DNA of 64,000 bases from Acidobacteriota bacterium (GCA_947482665.1 CANKJK010000001.1:294457-358456); one strand, 5' to 3'; counted from the stretch's first letter, positions 48,700 through 60,339 are shown. Numbers and translations: made by a program. Notes: generated from the sequence alone by a model not told the origin.

Positions 48700-50115
48700 G
48701 TGGTGCTGGCACCTGCGGTTCTCCGCGAACTGGCTGAGGCCGTCGGTGCCGCATGGTGCCGGACCGATGAGGCGTCGCGCGATGCCTGCGCCGCCGACGC
48801 CCTCCGGATCCCGTGCAGGCCGGATGCGGTGGTGTGTCCGGCCTCAACCGCTGAGGTAGTGAGGGTCGTGCGCGTCTGCGCCGCGGCTGGCGTGCCGATG
48901 GTCGTGCGCGGGGCCGGCACCGGCTATACCGGCGGCGCGGTCCCCGTGGCCGGCGGTGTGGTGATCTCGATGGAGCGCTTCACGCGCATCCTCGAGATTG
49001 ACCCACTCAATCTGGTCGCCGTCGTTGAGCCCCAGGTCATCACCGGGGACCTGCAGCGCGCGGTGGAAGCCGTCGGTCTCTTCTATCCTCCCGATCCGGC
49101 CAGTCTTGAGCAGTCCTCAATCGGGGGCAACGTGGCGGAGTGCGCCGGCGGGCCACGTGCGTTCAAGTACGGCACCACGAAGCGGTACGTCCTCGGCCTT
49201 GAGGCCGTACTGCCAACGGGTGAGGTCATTCGCACGGGCTCGAAGGCCGTGAAGAACGTCGTGGGTTACGACCTCACGCAGTTACTGGTCGGTTCCGAGG
49301 GCACGCTGGCCATCATCACGCAGGTGACGCTCCGCCTCATTCCGCGGCCATCGGCGCGGGCCGTCATCCTGGCGGGCTTCAGCGGCGTCGGACCGGCCGT
49401 CGACGCGGTGACCGCACTGATCGCGCGACGTGTTGTGCCGGCGGCGGTGGAGTTTATCGACGACCGATCACTTGACGCGCTCCGGCGTCATGCGCCCTCG
49501 ACCGCGATCCCGGCGGACGCGACCGCGATGCTGATTGCCGAAGTGGATGGCACACCCGCGGCCGTGGAGGCCGACGCCACGGCGGTCACAGCGGCCTTTC
49601 GGTCGACTGGTGCCCGTGGGGTGGTGCGGGCGGACGGAGCAGCGGAGATCGAGGCGATCTGGACGCTTCGGCGTCAGCTCTCCTATGCGCTCCGCGCAAC
49701 CGGGCTGACGAAGATCAATCACGATGTCGTGGTTCCGCGGGGGCGGGTTCCGGCGCTGATGGAGACTGTGGCGGCGCTGCGCCGTGAGCTCGACCTCGAC
49801 ATCGCCTGCTTCGGACATGCCGGTGACGGAAATATCCACGTGAACGTGATGATTCCGCCCGGCGATGCCGACGCGCGGGCCAGAGGCGCCGAGGCCGAGA
49901 GTCGGCTCTTTGCCGCCGTGGTGGCGCTCGAAGGGTCCATCAGCGGCGAACACGGAATCGGGTTCACGAAGGCCCGCTTTCTGGGGCTTGAACTCGACGC
50001 CGCCCAGATTGCACTGATGCGCCGGGTGAAGGCCGCCTTCGATCCGGCCGGCCTGCTCAATCCCGGCAAGATTTTTCCGACAGACACGGAGGAGACATGG
50101 CAACGATCAAGGTGA
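48700..50115 (+). CDS. glcD: FAD-linked 2-hydroxyacid oxidase (GlcD/D-lactate dehydrogenase family)
   Basis: RGAGTG..GG, YPPDPAS, GGN.AE.AGG, GSEGTL, GHAGDGNIH, SGEHGIG, LNPGK. Start position approximate. Confidence 0.85.
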   Translation: MVLAPAVLRELAEAVGAAWCRTDEASRDACAADALRIPCRPDAVVCPASTAEVVRVVRVCAAAGVPMVVRGAGTGYTGGAVPVAGGVVISMERFTRILEIDPLNLVAVVEPQVITGDLQRAVEAVGLFYPPDPASLEQSSIGGNVAECAGGPRAFKYGTTKRYVLGLEAVLPTGEVIRTGSKAVKNVVGYDLTQLLVGSEGTLAIITQVTLRLIPRPSARAVILAGFSGVGPAVDAVTALIARRVVPAAVEFIDDRSLDALRRHAPSTAIPADATAMLIAEVDGTPAAVEADATAVTAAFRSTGARGVVRADGAAEIEAIWTLRRQLSYALRATGLTKINHDVVVPRGRVPALMETVAALRRELDLDIACFGHAGDGNIHVNVMIPPGDADARARGAEAESRLFAAVVALEGSISGEHGIGFTKARFLGLELDAAQIALMRRVKAAFDPAGLLNPGKIFPTDTEETWQRSR

Positions 50116-50306
50116 GACAGAACGGCCCGTACCTGATTGAAGGGGACGACATCACCGTCGTGGACTGGAACGGCGCGTCCTATCCGGTCGAGCGGCGTCC
50201 GTTCGCGCTGTGCCGCTGCGGCGCTTCGGGCAAGCGTCCCTTTTGTGACGGTGCGCACAATAAGTGCGGTTTCACCGCGACGGAAGGCGCTACGGCCGCA
50301 GAGTAA
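50097..50306 (+). CDS. CDGSH-type [2Fe-2S] protein
   Basis: NGPY and LCRCGASGKRPFCDGAH; GGAG RBS. Confidence 0.92.
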   Translation: MATIKVRQNGPYLIEGDDITVVDWNGASYPVERRPFALCRCGASGKRPFCDGAHNKCGFTATEGATAAE

Positions 50307-50328
50307 CCGGGACTGGCTGACTGGGCGA

Positions 50329-50348
50329 GGCCGGACGGACGTCCGGCC
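50329..50348. terminator. Hairpin between convergent genes (possible terminator)
   Basis: Perfect 8-bp stem GGCCGGAC-ggac-GTCCGGCC; no U-tract. Confidence 0.4.
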
Positions 50349-50354
50349 CTGGCT

Positions 50355-50930
50355 TCACGGAAGGAATGTGAAGCGCGCGAGGCCGGAGACGGCGCTTGAC
50401 CAGGGGATCGAACTATTGCGTGGCTGCGTGCGCGCACTGACGCGAATGTAGTACTCCCGATTGGCCTCGAGACGAGCCGTGTCAAACAGGGGAATACGCT
50501 GCAGCGACGTCAGCCAGTTACGGATGCTGGCCTCGTCCTCGAGGAGCTTCGTTTCATCCGCCCGGCCGTCCACGGAACGCGTCACTGAAGCCCGTCGGGT
50601 CAGATTGTCGTATTGCACGCTGCTGCTGACCACGGCTTCGGCAATCGTGCGGTCAACCCAGAAAGGCACCTCAAGCCGCAGCTCGACGGTGTAGGTAATG
50701 GTGGTGCGCAGGCCGCTAGCGATGGCGGCCCGGACGTCCTCTGTAAAGCCGTCAGCCAGATTGAACGATACAAGGACCGACCCATCACGGGCGAGGGGCA
50801 CGACCCGAATCGATTCCTGGGCGGACACGGGCCGAGCGGCGCCAGTCATCACCAAGGCGCACAGCATCATCAGCCCCGCAGACCGGGACGAATGGGCCAT
50901 GAGAAGACGGAGAAGAGCCGGCATATGCAC
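50355..50930 (-). CDS. Exported DUF4390-like protein
   Basis: Signal peptide (VSA-Q); EDVRAAIASG...Y.VEL...FW.D....YDNLTRR. True start may be nearer 50900. Confidence 0.65.
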   Translation of the reverse strand: MHMPALLRLLMAHSSRSAGLMMLCALVMTGAARPVSAQESIRVVPLARDGSVLVSFNLADGFTEDVRAAIASGLRTTITYTVELRLEVPFWVDRTIAEAVVSSSVQYDNLTRRASVTRSVDGRADETKLLEDEASIRNWLTSLQRIPLFDTARLEANREYYIRVSARTQPRNSSIPWSSAVSGLARFTFLP

Positions 50931-50992
50931 GCGTTTCCCGTGAAATGTAGCACAAAGGGCACCCCGCTGCGGGGTGCTATCATCCGGGCGTC

Positions 50993-52057
50993 GTGTCTCT
51001 GAGGCGTGGCGTTCTTCTGCGTGCGGCCGCCGTGGCCGTGGGTCTTGCCCTTGTGGGCGGGACCGCGCATGCCCAAAACCTCGCGTTCTCCCTCTTTGAG
51101 CGCTACCTCGACTCGCTCAGGCAGCAGGCCGGTATCCCGGGGCTGGCGGCGCTCGTCAGCCAGAACGGACTCACTGAGTGGGAGCGCGGCTTCGGGCAGC
51201 GGAGCATCGAGCGCAATCTGCCGGTCCTGTCGGATACGCCTTTTCCCGTCGGTGGGCTGACGCAGGCCTTTTCCTCCACCTTGGCGCTCCAGTGCGTGGA
51301 CGGGGGGCAGGCAACGCTGGATGATGCGGTCAGCCGTTGGGTCCCGTCGAGTGCCCCCGACCTCACGCTGGGTCTCCTGCTGAGCCATGGAATTCCCGGT
51401 GATGGCTTCCGGTATGACGCTGCCCGCTTCACGCAGCTGACGCCGATGATCGAGGATTGCTTCGAGCGCCCGATTGCGAATGTCGTGGCGACCGAGATTC
51501 TGGACCGCCTGGCGATGCGTGCGTCGGTGCCGGGAACTGACCTGATGCTTCAGGGCAATGATGCGCGGGCCGCATTTGATGCCCAGGTTCTCTCCCGGTA
51601 CGAGGGGGTGTTGGACCAGGTGGCCACGGCCTACCGTCTTGACCGAGCGGGCCGCCCTGTCCGCGTGGAACAGTTGCCGGCGGGCCTCAATGCCTCCACT
51701 GGCCTGGTGACCAGCGTGCGGGATCTCGGCCGCTTTGCCTCGGCGCTGGATGACGATGTGCTCATGTCCCAAGCGACCCGGACGCTCGCATGGTCGAGCC
51801 GCGTGTCGGCGGCCGGCAAGCCAACCCCAGCTGGTCTGGGCTGGTTCGTGCAGAGCTACCGCGGTGAACCCCTCGTCTGGCAATTCGGCTCCCTGAACGA
51901 CGGCTACTCGTCGCTGCTGTTGATGCTGCCCAGGCGGCGACTTGTGTTCGCGCTGCTGGCCAACACCGACGGACTCAGTGCCCCGTTCGCGCTTGCCAAT
52001 GGCGACGCGACAGTCTCTCCCTTTGCCGAGCTTTTCCTTCGCACGTTCCTGCCCTGA
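50993..52057 (+). CDS. Beta-lactamase/serine hydrolase-fold protein, exported, catalytic motifs degenerate
   Basis: Scaffold motifs IPGLAALV, LLSH, PG..F.Y, GL..S..DL.RF, GLGW are present; the SxxK position reads GLTQ. Confidence 0.8.
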   Translation: MSLRRGVLLRAAAVAVGLALVGGTAHAQNLAFSLFERYLDSLRQQAGIPGLAALVSQNGLTEWERGFGQRSIERNLPVLSDTPFPVGGLTQAFSSTLALQCVDGGQATLDDAVSRWVPSSAPDLTLGLLLSHGIPGDGFRYDAARFTQLTPMIEDCFERPIANVVATEILDRLAMRASVPGTDLMLQGNDARAAFDAQVLSRYEGVLDQVATAYRLDRAGRPVRVEQLPAGLNASTGLVTSVRDLGRFASALDDDVLMSQATRTLAWSSRVSAAGKPTPAGLGWFVQSYRGEPLVWQFGSLNDGYSSLLLMLPRRRLVFALLANTDGLSAPFALANGDATVSPFAELFLRTFLP

Positions 52058-52061
52058 CCGG

Positions 52062-52658
52062 GTGATTCGCACAGCTCTTGCGACTGTGGCCCTCTGGGCC
52101 GCGTTGGCGCCAGCCGGCGCGTCGGCGGACTGGCTGGTGACGCCGTTTGTCGGGGCCAAGGTGGATGCCAAGACCAATCTCGTCGATCTCGATCAGGCGT
52201 CCGGGTCGACGAAACCGGGCGTCGGCGTGTCGCTCAGCCGGATCGGTCAGGGGGTGGTTGGTGTTGAGGCGGACCTCGGCTATCTCCCGGGATTCTTCGA
52301 TTCGTCCACGCGAGGGGGGCTGGTGTCGTCCAGTCGCGTGGTGAGCCTCACGGGGCTTGTCGTGGCCTCAGCCCCGGCGCGTGTGATGCGAGACTCGCTC
52401 CGCCCCTACGCCACGCTGGGCGCCGGCTGGATCCATGTCGGCATGACGGACCTGCGCGGCGTGCTGGGCGTGAGCGACAACTATGCTGCGGTCGCGGTGG
52501 GTGCCGGAGCCATCGGGCGCACCGGGCGCAAGACGAGCGTCCGATTCGACCTGCGCCGGCTTCAGACGGTCACCGCCGGTCACGCCCGCACCGTCGGATT
52601 TGGTTCCGCCCACCTGAGCTTCTGGCGGGCGTCCGTCGGCCTCAGCCTTCACTACTGA
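52062..52658 (+). CDS. Small outer-membrane beta-barrel protein
   Basis: Signal peptide (ASA-D), alternating beta-strands, LRPYATLGAG, C-terminal SVGLSLHY ending in an aromatic residue. Confidence 0.78.
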   Translation: MIRTALATVALWAALAPAGASADWLVTPFVGAKVDAKTNLVDLDQASGSTKPGVGVSLSRIGQGVVGVEADLGYLPGFFDSSTRGGLVSSSRVVSLTGLVVASAPARVMRDSLRPYATLGAGWIHVGMTDLRGVLGVSDNYAAVAVGAGAIGRTGRKTSVRFDLRRLQTVTAGHARTVGFGSAHLSFWRASVGLSLHY

Positions 52659-52705
52659 GAGAGCACCGGGGACGGCACACCCGCACTGCAATCCCCGGAC
52701 GGGCC

Positions 52706-55306
<2,601 letters not shown>

Positions 55307-55332
55307 GGTGTCCTCCGGAATTCACAACGTGC

Positions 55333-56280
55333 TCAGTTATCCAGCGCGGCCAGCATCTCCCAGAGTTCCCGTGCCTTGGGAGAGAGCGCGGACGGCAGCT
55401 GAATGTCGACTCGCGCGTACGCATCGCCGGTGTCGGCGGGTCTTCCCGCTTGCGGCATGCCGTAGCCCTTCACGCGGAAGAGCTGGCCCGGCTGCGTGAG
55501 CGGGGGAATGCGCAGGCGGACCGGCGTGCCGCTAATCGTCGGGACCGAGGCCTCGCCGCCAAGGACCGCCGTGGTCGCAGGCAGCCGCAATTTCACATAC
55601 AGGTCCCGCTCCCGCCGTTCGAAGGTGGGATGCGGCGCAATCCGAATACGGAGGTAGAGATCTCCGGCCGCACCAGCCACCTGTTCGCCTTCGCCGGCGA
55701 CCCGGACCCGGCTGCCATCAGTGACGCCGGCCGGAATGCGGACGTCCACGGTGCGGGTGCCCGCTGTCGCCGGAAGCGTCAGGCGCTTGGTCATGCCGCG
55801 ATAGGCCTCCTCAAGCGTGAGCTCCAGTTCATGCTCGATGTCGCGGCCGCGACGCGCCCGGCGGCCGGGTCTGGCCGCACCGCGACGAGCCTGCGGCCCC
55901 GCGCCAGCGCCTGGGGCACCGCCGAAGAAAGTGCTGAAGAAGTCGGAGAAGGCCCCGTCCCCCCCGAAGAGATCGGCCATTTCCTCGGGGCTGACACTCC
56001 GGCCGCCAGGCCCCGGATGCCCGGCTTCATGGGGCCCTGGCTGGGCGTGTTCGTACTGTCGCCAGTTCGCGCCGAGTTCGTCGTACTTGCGGCGGGAGTC
56101 CGGGTTGCCCAGGACCTCATTCGCCTCGTTGATGTCCTTGAAACGGGCCTCGGCCTTCGCGTCGCCCGGATTGACGTCGGGGTGGTATTTACGCGCCAGC
56201 TTCCGGTAGGCCTGCTTGATCTCCTTCTCGGTAGAGGAGCGGGTCACTCCGAGAGCGGCGTAATAGTCCTTGAACTCCAT
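55333..56280 (-). CDS. cbpA: Class B J-domain co-chaperone (CbpA/DnaJ-like, no zinc finger)
   Basis: DYY..LGV, HPD motif, FSDFF..FFG, C-terminal substrate-binding domain; no CXXCXGXG repeats. Confidence 0.88.
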   Translation of the reverse strand: MEFKDYYAALGVTRSSTEKEIKQAYRKLARKYHPDVNPGDAKAEARFKDINEANEVLGNPDSRRKYDELGANWRQYEHAQPGPHEAGHPGPGGRSVSPEEMADLFGGDGAFSDFFSTFFGGAPGAGAGPQARRGAARPGRRARRGRDIEHELELTLEEAYRGMTKRLTLPATAGTRTVDVRIPAGVTDGSRVRVAGEGEQVAGAAGDLYLRIRIAPHPTFERRERDLYVKLRLPATTAVLGGEASVPTISGTPVRLRIPPLTQPGQLFRVKGYGMPQAGRPADTGDAYARVDIQLPSALSPKARELWEMLAALDN

Positions 56281-56289
56281 CGCGGCCCT

Positions 56290-56628
56290 CTAGAATCCGA
56301 TGATCTGGTTGAGGCGACGCACTTCTGCGCCCAACTGCCGTCGGCCCTGCGGTGTGTCGACACCGCCGTCGTCGAGTAACGGCCGCACCCGCTGGACAAC
56401 CTCAGCCACCGCCAGCAGCCGCTGTACGCCGGCAAGGTTCACGCGGTGTTCATCCACAAGTCTGCGGATGAGCCGGATCCGTGCCAGCTCGTCGAGGGAG
56501 TACACCCGCATACTGCCGAGTGTTCGTGACGGTCGTACCAGTCCGAGCCGCTCGTATTTCCGCAGCGTCTGAGGATGCATCCCCAGCATCCCCGCGGCCA
56601 CACTGATGAGAAAGACTGCCTGTGTCAT
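56290..56628 (-). CDS. hspR: MerR-family heat-shock repressor HspR
   Basis: ISVAA.MLGMHPQTLRKYERLGLV.P.R..G..R.YS, VNLAGV; first gene of the J-protein-clpB operon. Confidence 0.9.
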   Translation of the reverse strand: MTQAVFLISVAAGMLGMHPQTLRKYERLGLVRPSRTLGSMRVYSLDELARIRLIRRLVDEHRVNLAGVQRLLAVAEVVQRVRPLLDDGGVDTPQGRRQLGAEVRRLNQIIGF

Positions 56629-56646
56629 GTCGCTCCGGGCTACAAA

Positions 56647-56690
56647 GGTGAGCCTATTCGACTCTAGGCATTGATACGGTTCATGTCAAT
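56647..56690 (-). promoter_or_regulatory. hspR sigma70 promoter overlapped by two HAIR-like inverted repeats
   Basis: Minus strand TTGACA-N17-TAGAGT (56689-56661); CTAGAGT-N7-GCTCACC (56647-67) and ATTGACA-N7-TATCAAT (56670-90). Confidence 0.8.
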
Positions 56691-56748
56691 GTATGTTCCC
56701 GTTGCACGGGGGCGGGCGTTGAGGCGAACAGTCAGGTAATCTGAGGAC

Positions 56749-57480
56749 GTGGGTGCAGACGTACTGACCATTGCCATGCTCGTCGGCCTTGAAGGCCTGC
56801 TGAGCGCCGACAACGCCTTGGTGATCGCCGTGATGGTGCTGGGACTGCCAAAGCGGGAGCAGAAGCAGGCCATGCGCTACGGCATGGGTGGGGCCTTCGT
56901 CTTCAGGGCCGTGGCGATCTTCCTGGCCGCGTATCTCATCCGGGTGGCATGGGTGAAGGTGGCCGGCGGGGCATACCTCCTCTATCTCACGGGCTCGCAC
57001 TTCCTTGGGGGCGGAGACACCGACGAGCGCCGCACCCCACTGGGGCCGCGGACCATTCTGGGCCTCTCGCCCTTCTGGTCAACCGTCCTGCGGGTGGAAC
57101 TGGTCGATGTGGCATTTTCGATTGATTCCATCCTGGTGGCCGTCGCCATGTCTCCCAAGCTGTGGGTCATCATCACCGGGGGCATCCTGGGCATCGTGGC
57201 GATGCGGCTGGTTGCCGGCCGGCTGCTGGCCCTTATTGAGCGCTATCCCGTGCTCGTGGATGGGGCGTTCGTCATCATCGCGTGGGTCGGCATCAAGCTC
57301 CTGCTGGAATACCTCCACACCGTCGGCCTTGTCGGCTTCGAAGTGCCGAAGTGGCTCTCGCTCGGTGCCATCGCCGTCATCTTCGGCGCGTTCGTCGCCT
57401 ACGCGGTGTGGAAAGGGGAGGCCGAGCCCGAGGCGACGGCTGCTCGCGCCGACGCCCTGGTGGAGCAGGAGTTCGAGTGA
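56749..57480 (+). CDS. TerC-family membrane protein (YkoY-like)
   Basis: LEGLLSADNALV, D.AFSIDSIL.AVA, GG.LGI.AMR; about 7 TM segments. Confidence 0.9.
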   Translation: MGADVLTIAMLVGLEGLLSADNALVIAVMVLGLPKREQKQAMRYGMGGAFVFRAVAIFLAAYLIRVAWVKVAGGAYLLYLTGSHFLGGGDTDERRTPLGPRTILGLSPFWSTVLRVELVDVAFSIDSILVAVAMSPKLWVIITGGILGIVAMRLVAGRLLALIERYPVLVDGAFVIIAWVGIKLLLEYLHTVGLVGFEVPKWLSLGAIAVIFGAFVAYAVWKGEAEPEATAARADALVEQEFE

Positions 57481-58196
57481 GGGCGGAAGCGCTCCCGACT
57501 GAGGCGCTGGTGCGGCTGAACAGCGCCAGTGTTGCGGCGCGACTGGTGTCCAGTGTCGTGCACGACCTGAACAACGGATTGCTGGTCATCGGCGGGTCGG
57601 TCGAGCTGATGGAGGATACCCCGCTCACCGAACAGCAGCGGCCGCGACTGGAGCGCATCGGGCGGCAACAATTGCAGATGGCTGAGACGTTGCGGGAGTT
57701 GACTGCCGTGCTGAAGCCGGAGGAGACCGACCGGAAGTGCGAAGTCGCGGCCACCGTCGCGCACGCCTGCCACCTGCGCGCAACGGCGTTCCGGCGCCTG
57801 GGGATTCAGGTCAAGGGTCTCCCCGTCGATCGGGTCGGATTTCACGTGTCTCTGCCATCCGATCGCCTCCTGCAGATTCTGCTGAATCTGCTGCTCAATG
57901 CGGAGTCGGCGCTGCGCGACGCGCCAGTACGAGAGCTTGAGCTGCAGCTGGTGGAATCATCGGGTAACGCTCGGCTGACCCTGTCCGATTCGGGCCCGGG
58001 CTTTCCGGCGGCTCTGAGACCAACACTGGGACAGCCGTTCGTCACCGCGACTCCCGAAGAATCGGCGGGCCTGGGCCTGTTCGTCTCGCGAGTGCTGGCG
58101 GAGCGGGCAGGCGGTTCGCTGACGCTCGGAGGCGAAGCAGGTGGCGCCAGGCTTGACCTGACGCTCCCGCTATGTCGACTACCAGAAGGGCGCTAG
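57477..58196 (+). CDS. Sensor-less histidine kinase (HisKA + HATPase only)
   Basis: VVHDLNNGL H-box within about 25 aa of the GTG start; QILLNLLLNA, DSGPG, PFVT, GLGL. Confidence 0.8.
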   Translation: MRAEALPTEALVRLNSASVAARLVSSVVHDLNNGLLVIGGSVELMEDTPLTEQQRPRLERIGRQQLQMAETLRELTAVLKPEETDRKCEVAATVAHACHLRATAFRRLGIQVKGLPVDRVGFHVSLPSDRLLQILLNLLLNAESALRDAPVRELELQLVESSGNARLTLSDSGPGFPAALRPTLGQPFVTATPEESAGLGLFVSRVLAERAGGSLTLGGEAGGARLDLTLPLCRLPEGR

Positions 58197-59602
58197 GCGA
58201 CGTTCAGCCGCTGCAGCTTGTCGATAAACGTGGTCCGGCTCAGATTGAGGAGCCGTGCGGCCTGGCGCTTGTTTCCGCCGGTCTTTTCAAGGCACTGCAG
58301 AATCAGATCGCGCTCAAGGCTGGAGACGACGTCCGTGAAGCTGATGCCTTCGTCGGGAATCGTCGGCGTGGAGGCCACGCTTCCGGAGGTACGCTCCCGC
58401 AACTGGGCTGGCAGGGTGTCGGGGCCAATTTCTACCGACGCACCGCTCATCGCCACGGCGTGTTCAATCGCGTTCTCAAACTGCCGGATGTTCCCAGGCC
58501 AGTGGTACGCCATGAGGATACGGAGCGAGTCCTGCGAGAGGGTCTTCGCAGGCAGGCCGTTGTCCTTGCACGACTTCTCCACAAAATGTCGTGCCAGAAG
58601 CGGGATGTCCTCAAGACGCGTCCGCAGTGGCGGCAGCGTCACCGGGATCACGTTGAGCCGGTAATACAGGTCCTCGCGGAACGTGCCCTCCTTCACCATC
58701 TGGCGCAGGTCGGAGTTGGTGGCGGCGATGATGCGAATGTCGAACTTCATCGACTTTGAATCGCCTACGCGCTCGATCTCCCGCTCCTGCAGTGCCCGCA
58801 GGAGCTTTGACTGCAGGGGGATCGGCATGGACGACACTTCATCGATGAAGAGAGTGCCCCGGTGAGCCAGCTCGAAGCGTCCGACGCGGGCGGATACAGC
58901 GCCCGTGAAGGCGCCCTTCACGTGGCCGAAGAGTTCAGCCTCAGCAAGATTCTCCGGTATGGCGGCAGCGTTGAAGGCGACGAAGGCGTGGGCGGCGCGG
59001 GGGCTGTTGTGATGAATCGTTCGCGCGATGAGTTCCTTGCCCGTGCCGGTCTCGCCCTCGATGAGGACCGTACTGTTCATCGGTGCCACCAGCTCCAGGG
59101 TCGAGAAGAGGTGCTGCATCGTGCTGTGGCGGCCGATCACATTGTCGAAGCTGAAGCGGCCCCGCAACTGGGCGCGTAGAGCCGCGTTCTCCGTCCGAAG
59201 ACGTCTCTGGTCGATCGAGGCCCTGAGCACGCGCGCAAGCTGTGTGATCTGAAAGGGCTTGATATAGAAGTCGATGGCACCGCGCTTGATTGCGGCCACA
59301 GCATCAGTCACGCCGCCAAACCCCGTGATGACCACCGCGCTGATGTCGGGGTACCGCCGCATCGCCTCATCAAGGACTGCCATGCCGTCTCCATCCGGCA
59401 GCCGGAGATCCACGACGAGCGCGTCGTAGGCGAACCCTTTGATCCGGTCAAGGGCGTCGGCGGCATCTCCCGACTGGGCCGCCGCGAATCCCTCCTGCTC
59501 AAGGGACTCGGCGATGGTGGCGCGGAGGTCCTGTTCATCCTCGACGATCAGTACGGAGATGGGCGTGGTCGCTGGAGTCATGGTTTTGACGTTCTGCATC
59601 AT
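58193..59602 (-). CDS. NtrC-family sigma54 response regulator (REC-AAA+-HTH); candidate flagellar activator
   Basis: IVEDE, DLRLPD, GETGTGKE, GAFTGA, FREDLYYRL, WPGNIR, HTH. Start at 59602, 59599 or 59581. Confidence 0.92.
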   Translation of the reverse strand: MMQNVKTMTPATTPISVLIVEDEQDLRATIAESLEQEGFAAAQSGDAADALDRIKGFAYDALVVDLRLPDGDGMAVLDEAMRRYPDISAVVITGFGGVTDAVAAIKRGAIDFYIKPFQITQLARVLRASIDQRRLRTENAALRAQLRGRFSFDNVIGRHSTMQHLFSTLELVAPMNSTVLIEGETGTGKELIARTIHHNSPRAAHAFVAFNAAAIPENLAEAELFGHVKGAFTGAVSARVGRFELAHRGTLFIDEVSSMPIPLQSKLLRALQEREIERVGDSKSMKFDIRIIAATNSDLRQMVKEGTFREDLYYRLNVIPVTLPPLRTRLEDIPLLARHFVEKSCKDNGLPAKTLSQDSLRILMAYHWPGNIRQFENAIEHAVAMSGASVEIGPDTLPAQLRERTSGSVASTPTIPDEGISFTDVVSSLERDLILQCLEKTGGNKRQAARLLNLSRTTFIDKLQRLNVA

Positions 59603-59736
59603 AGCCGTGTCGGGAATCCGGCACCAGGCACTTGCCTGAGCCATCGCTGAGCTGTTCAAGTCCTAAGAAGGCCTTCCGATTACGTGTCTACGTAGGCTGC
59701 AGATACTCATTTTGGTTAGCGAAATCTGCAAACAGC

Positions 59737-60213
59737 ATGCCGTCAGATGTGCCGGATTACCGTCTTCGCGTCCTGATTGTGGACGATGAGCCCGACATCC
59801 GGGCCCTGTTGGAGGAGGTGTGCCGCGTCAGGGACTTTGCAGTTCTGACCGCAAAGGACGGCCTTGACGCGATCGGCGTACTGACGAGGAGCCCGGAAGC
59901 GCCGGATATCGTCATCTCCGACGTACAGATGCCCGGGGCGGACGGCTTCGCGGTTCTGGAAGCGGCCTTGCAAAAGTCGCCCAGGACCCAGGTCGTGTTG
60001 ATCACCGGTTACGGTACAGATGAAGGGCGGGCGCGCGCACAGCAGGGTGGCGCCGTGGCCTACCTCCTGAAGCCGGCATCCCTCCCCACGATCACCGCGA
60101 TGCTTGACCAGCTCGCCAAGACGGCCGCTGACGCCCGGGCTGCAGGGCACGGACATCCGTCCCGTTCGTGTCGGTATCCCGGCGCAGCCACAGAGCCCAA
60201 CCCGAAATCCTGA
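59737..60213 (+). CDS. Single-domain response regulator (receiver only)
   Basis: LIVDDE, ISDVQMPG.DG, ITGYG, LLKP; no output domain. Confidence 0.85.
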   Translation: MPSDVPDYRLRVLIVDDEPDIRALLEEVCRVRDFAVLTAKDGLDAIGVLTRSPEAPDIVISDVQMPGADGFAVLEAALQKSPRTQVVLITGYGTDEGRARAQQGGAVAYLLKPASLPTITAMLDQLAKTAADARAAGHGHPSRSCRYPGAATEPNPKS

Positions 60214-60235
60214 GCAATTCCACGCTCTTCACTCC

Positions 60236-60251
60236 CGGCATCTGTCTTGCG
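60236..60251 (+). promoter_or_regulatory. Sigma54 (-24/-12) promoter of the flg/fli operon
   Basis: CGGCATCTGTCTTGC: GG at 60237-38 and TTGC ending at 60250, with exact GG-N10-GC spacing. Confidence 0.78.
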
Positions 60252-60339
60252 ATGTGAGCCGGTGCCGGCAGGTGAATTCCCGAGTCGGTATTCGGCAGCC
60301 CGCGGCCATTCTTGAGGCCGTCGGCAGGAGAGCACAGCG

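Noticed and set aside
56691-56748. yybP-ykoY manganese riboswitch expected before a TerC gene
   Set aside because: Only about 60 nt are available, no signature is seen, and a -10 box sits 6 nt from the start codon.
59619-59729. Sigma54-like sites near the divergent regulators (GGCAC...TTGC and TGGTT...CTGC)
   Set aside because: GG-to-GC spacing is 11-12, not 10.
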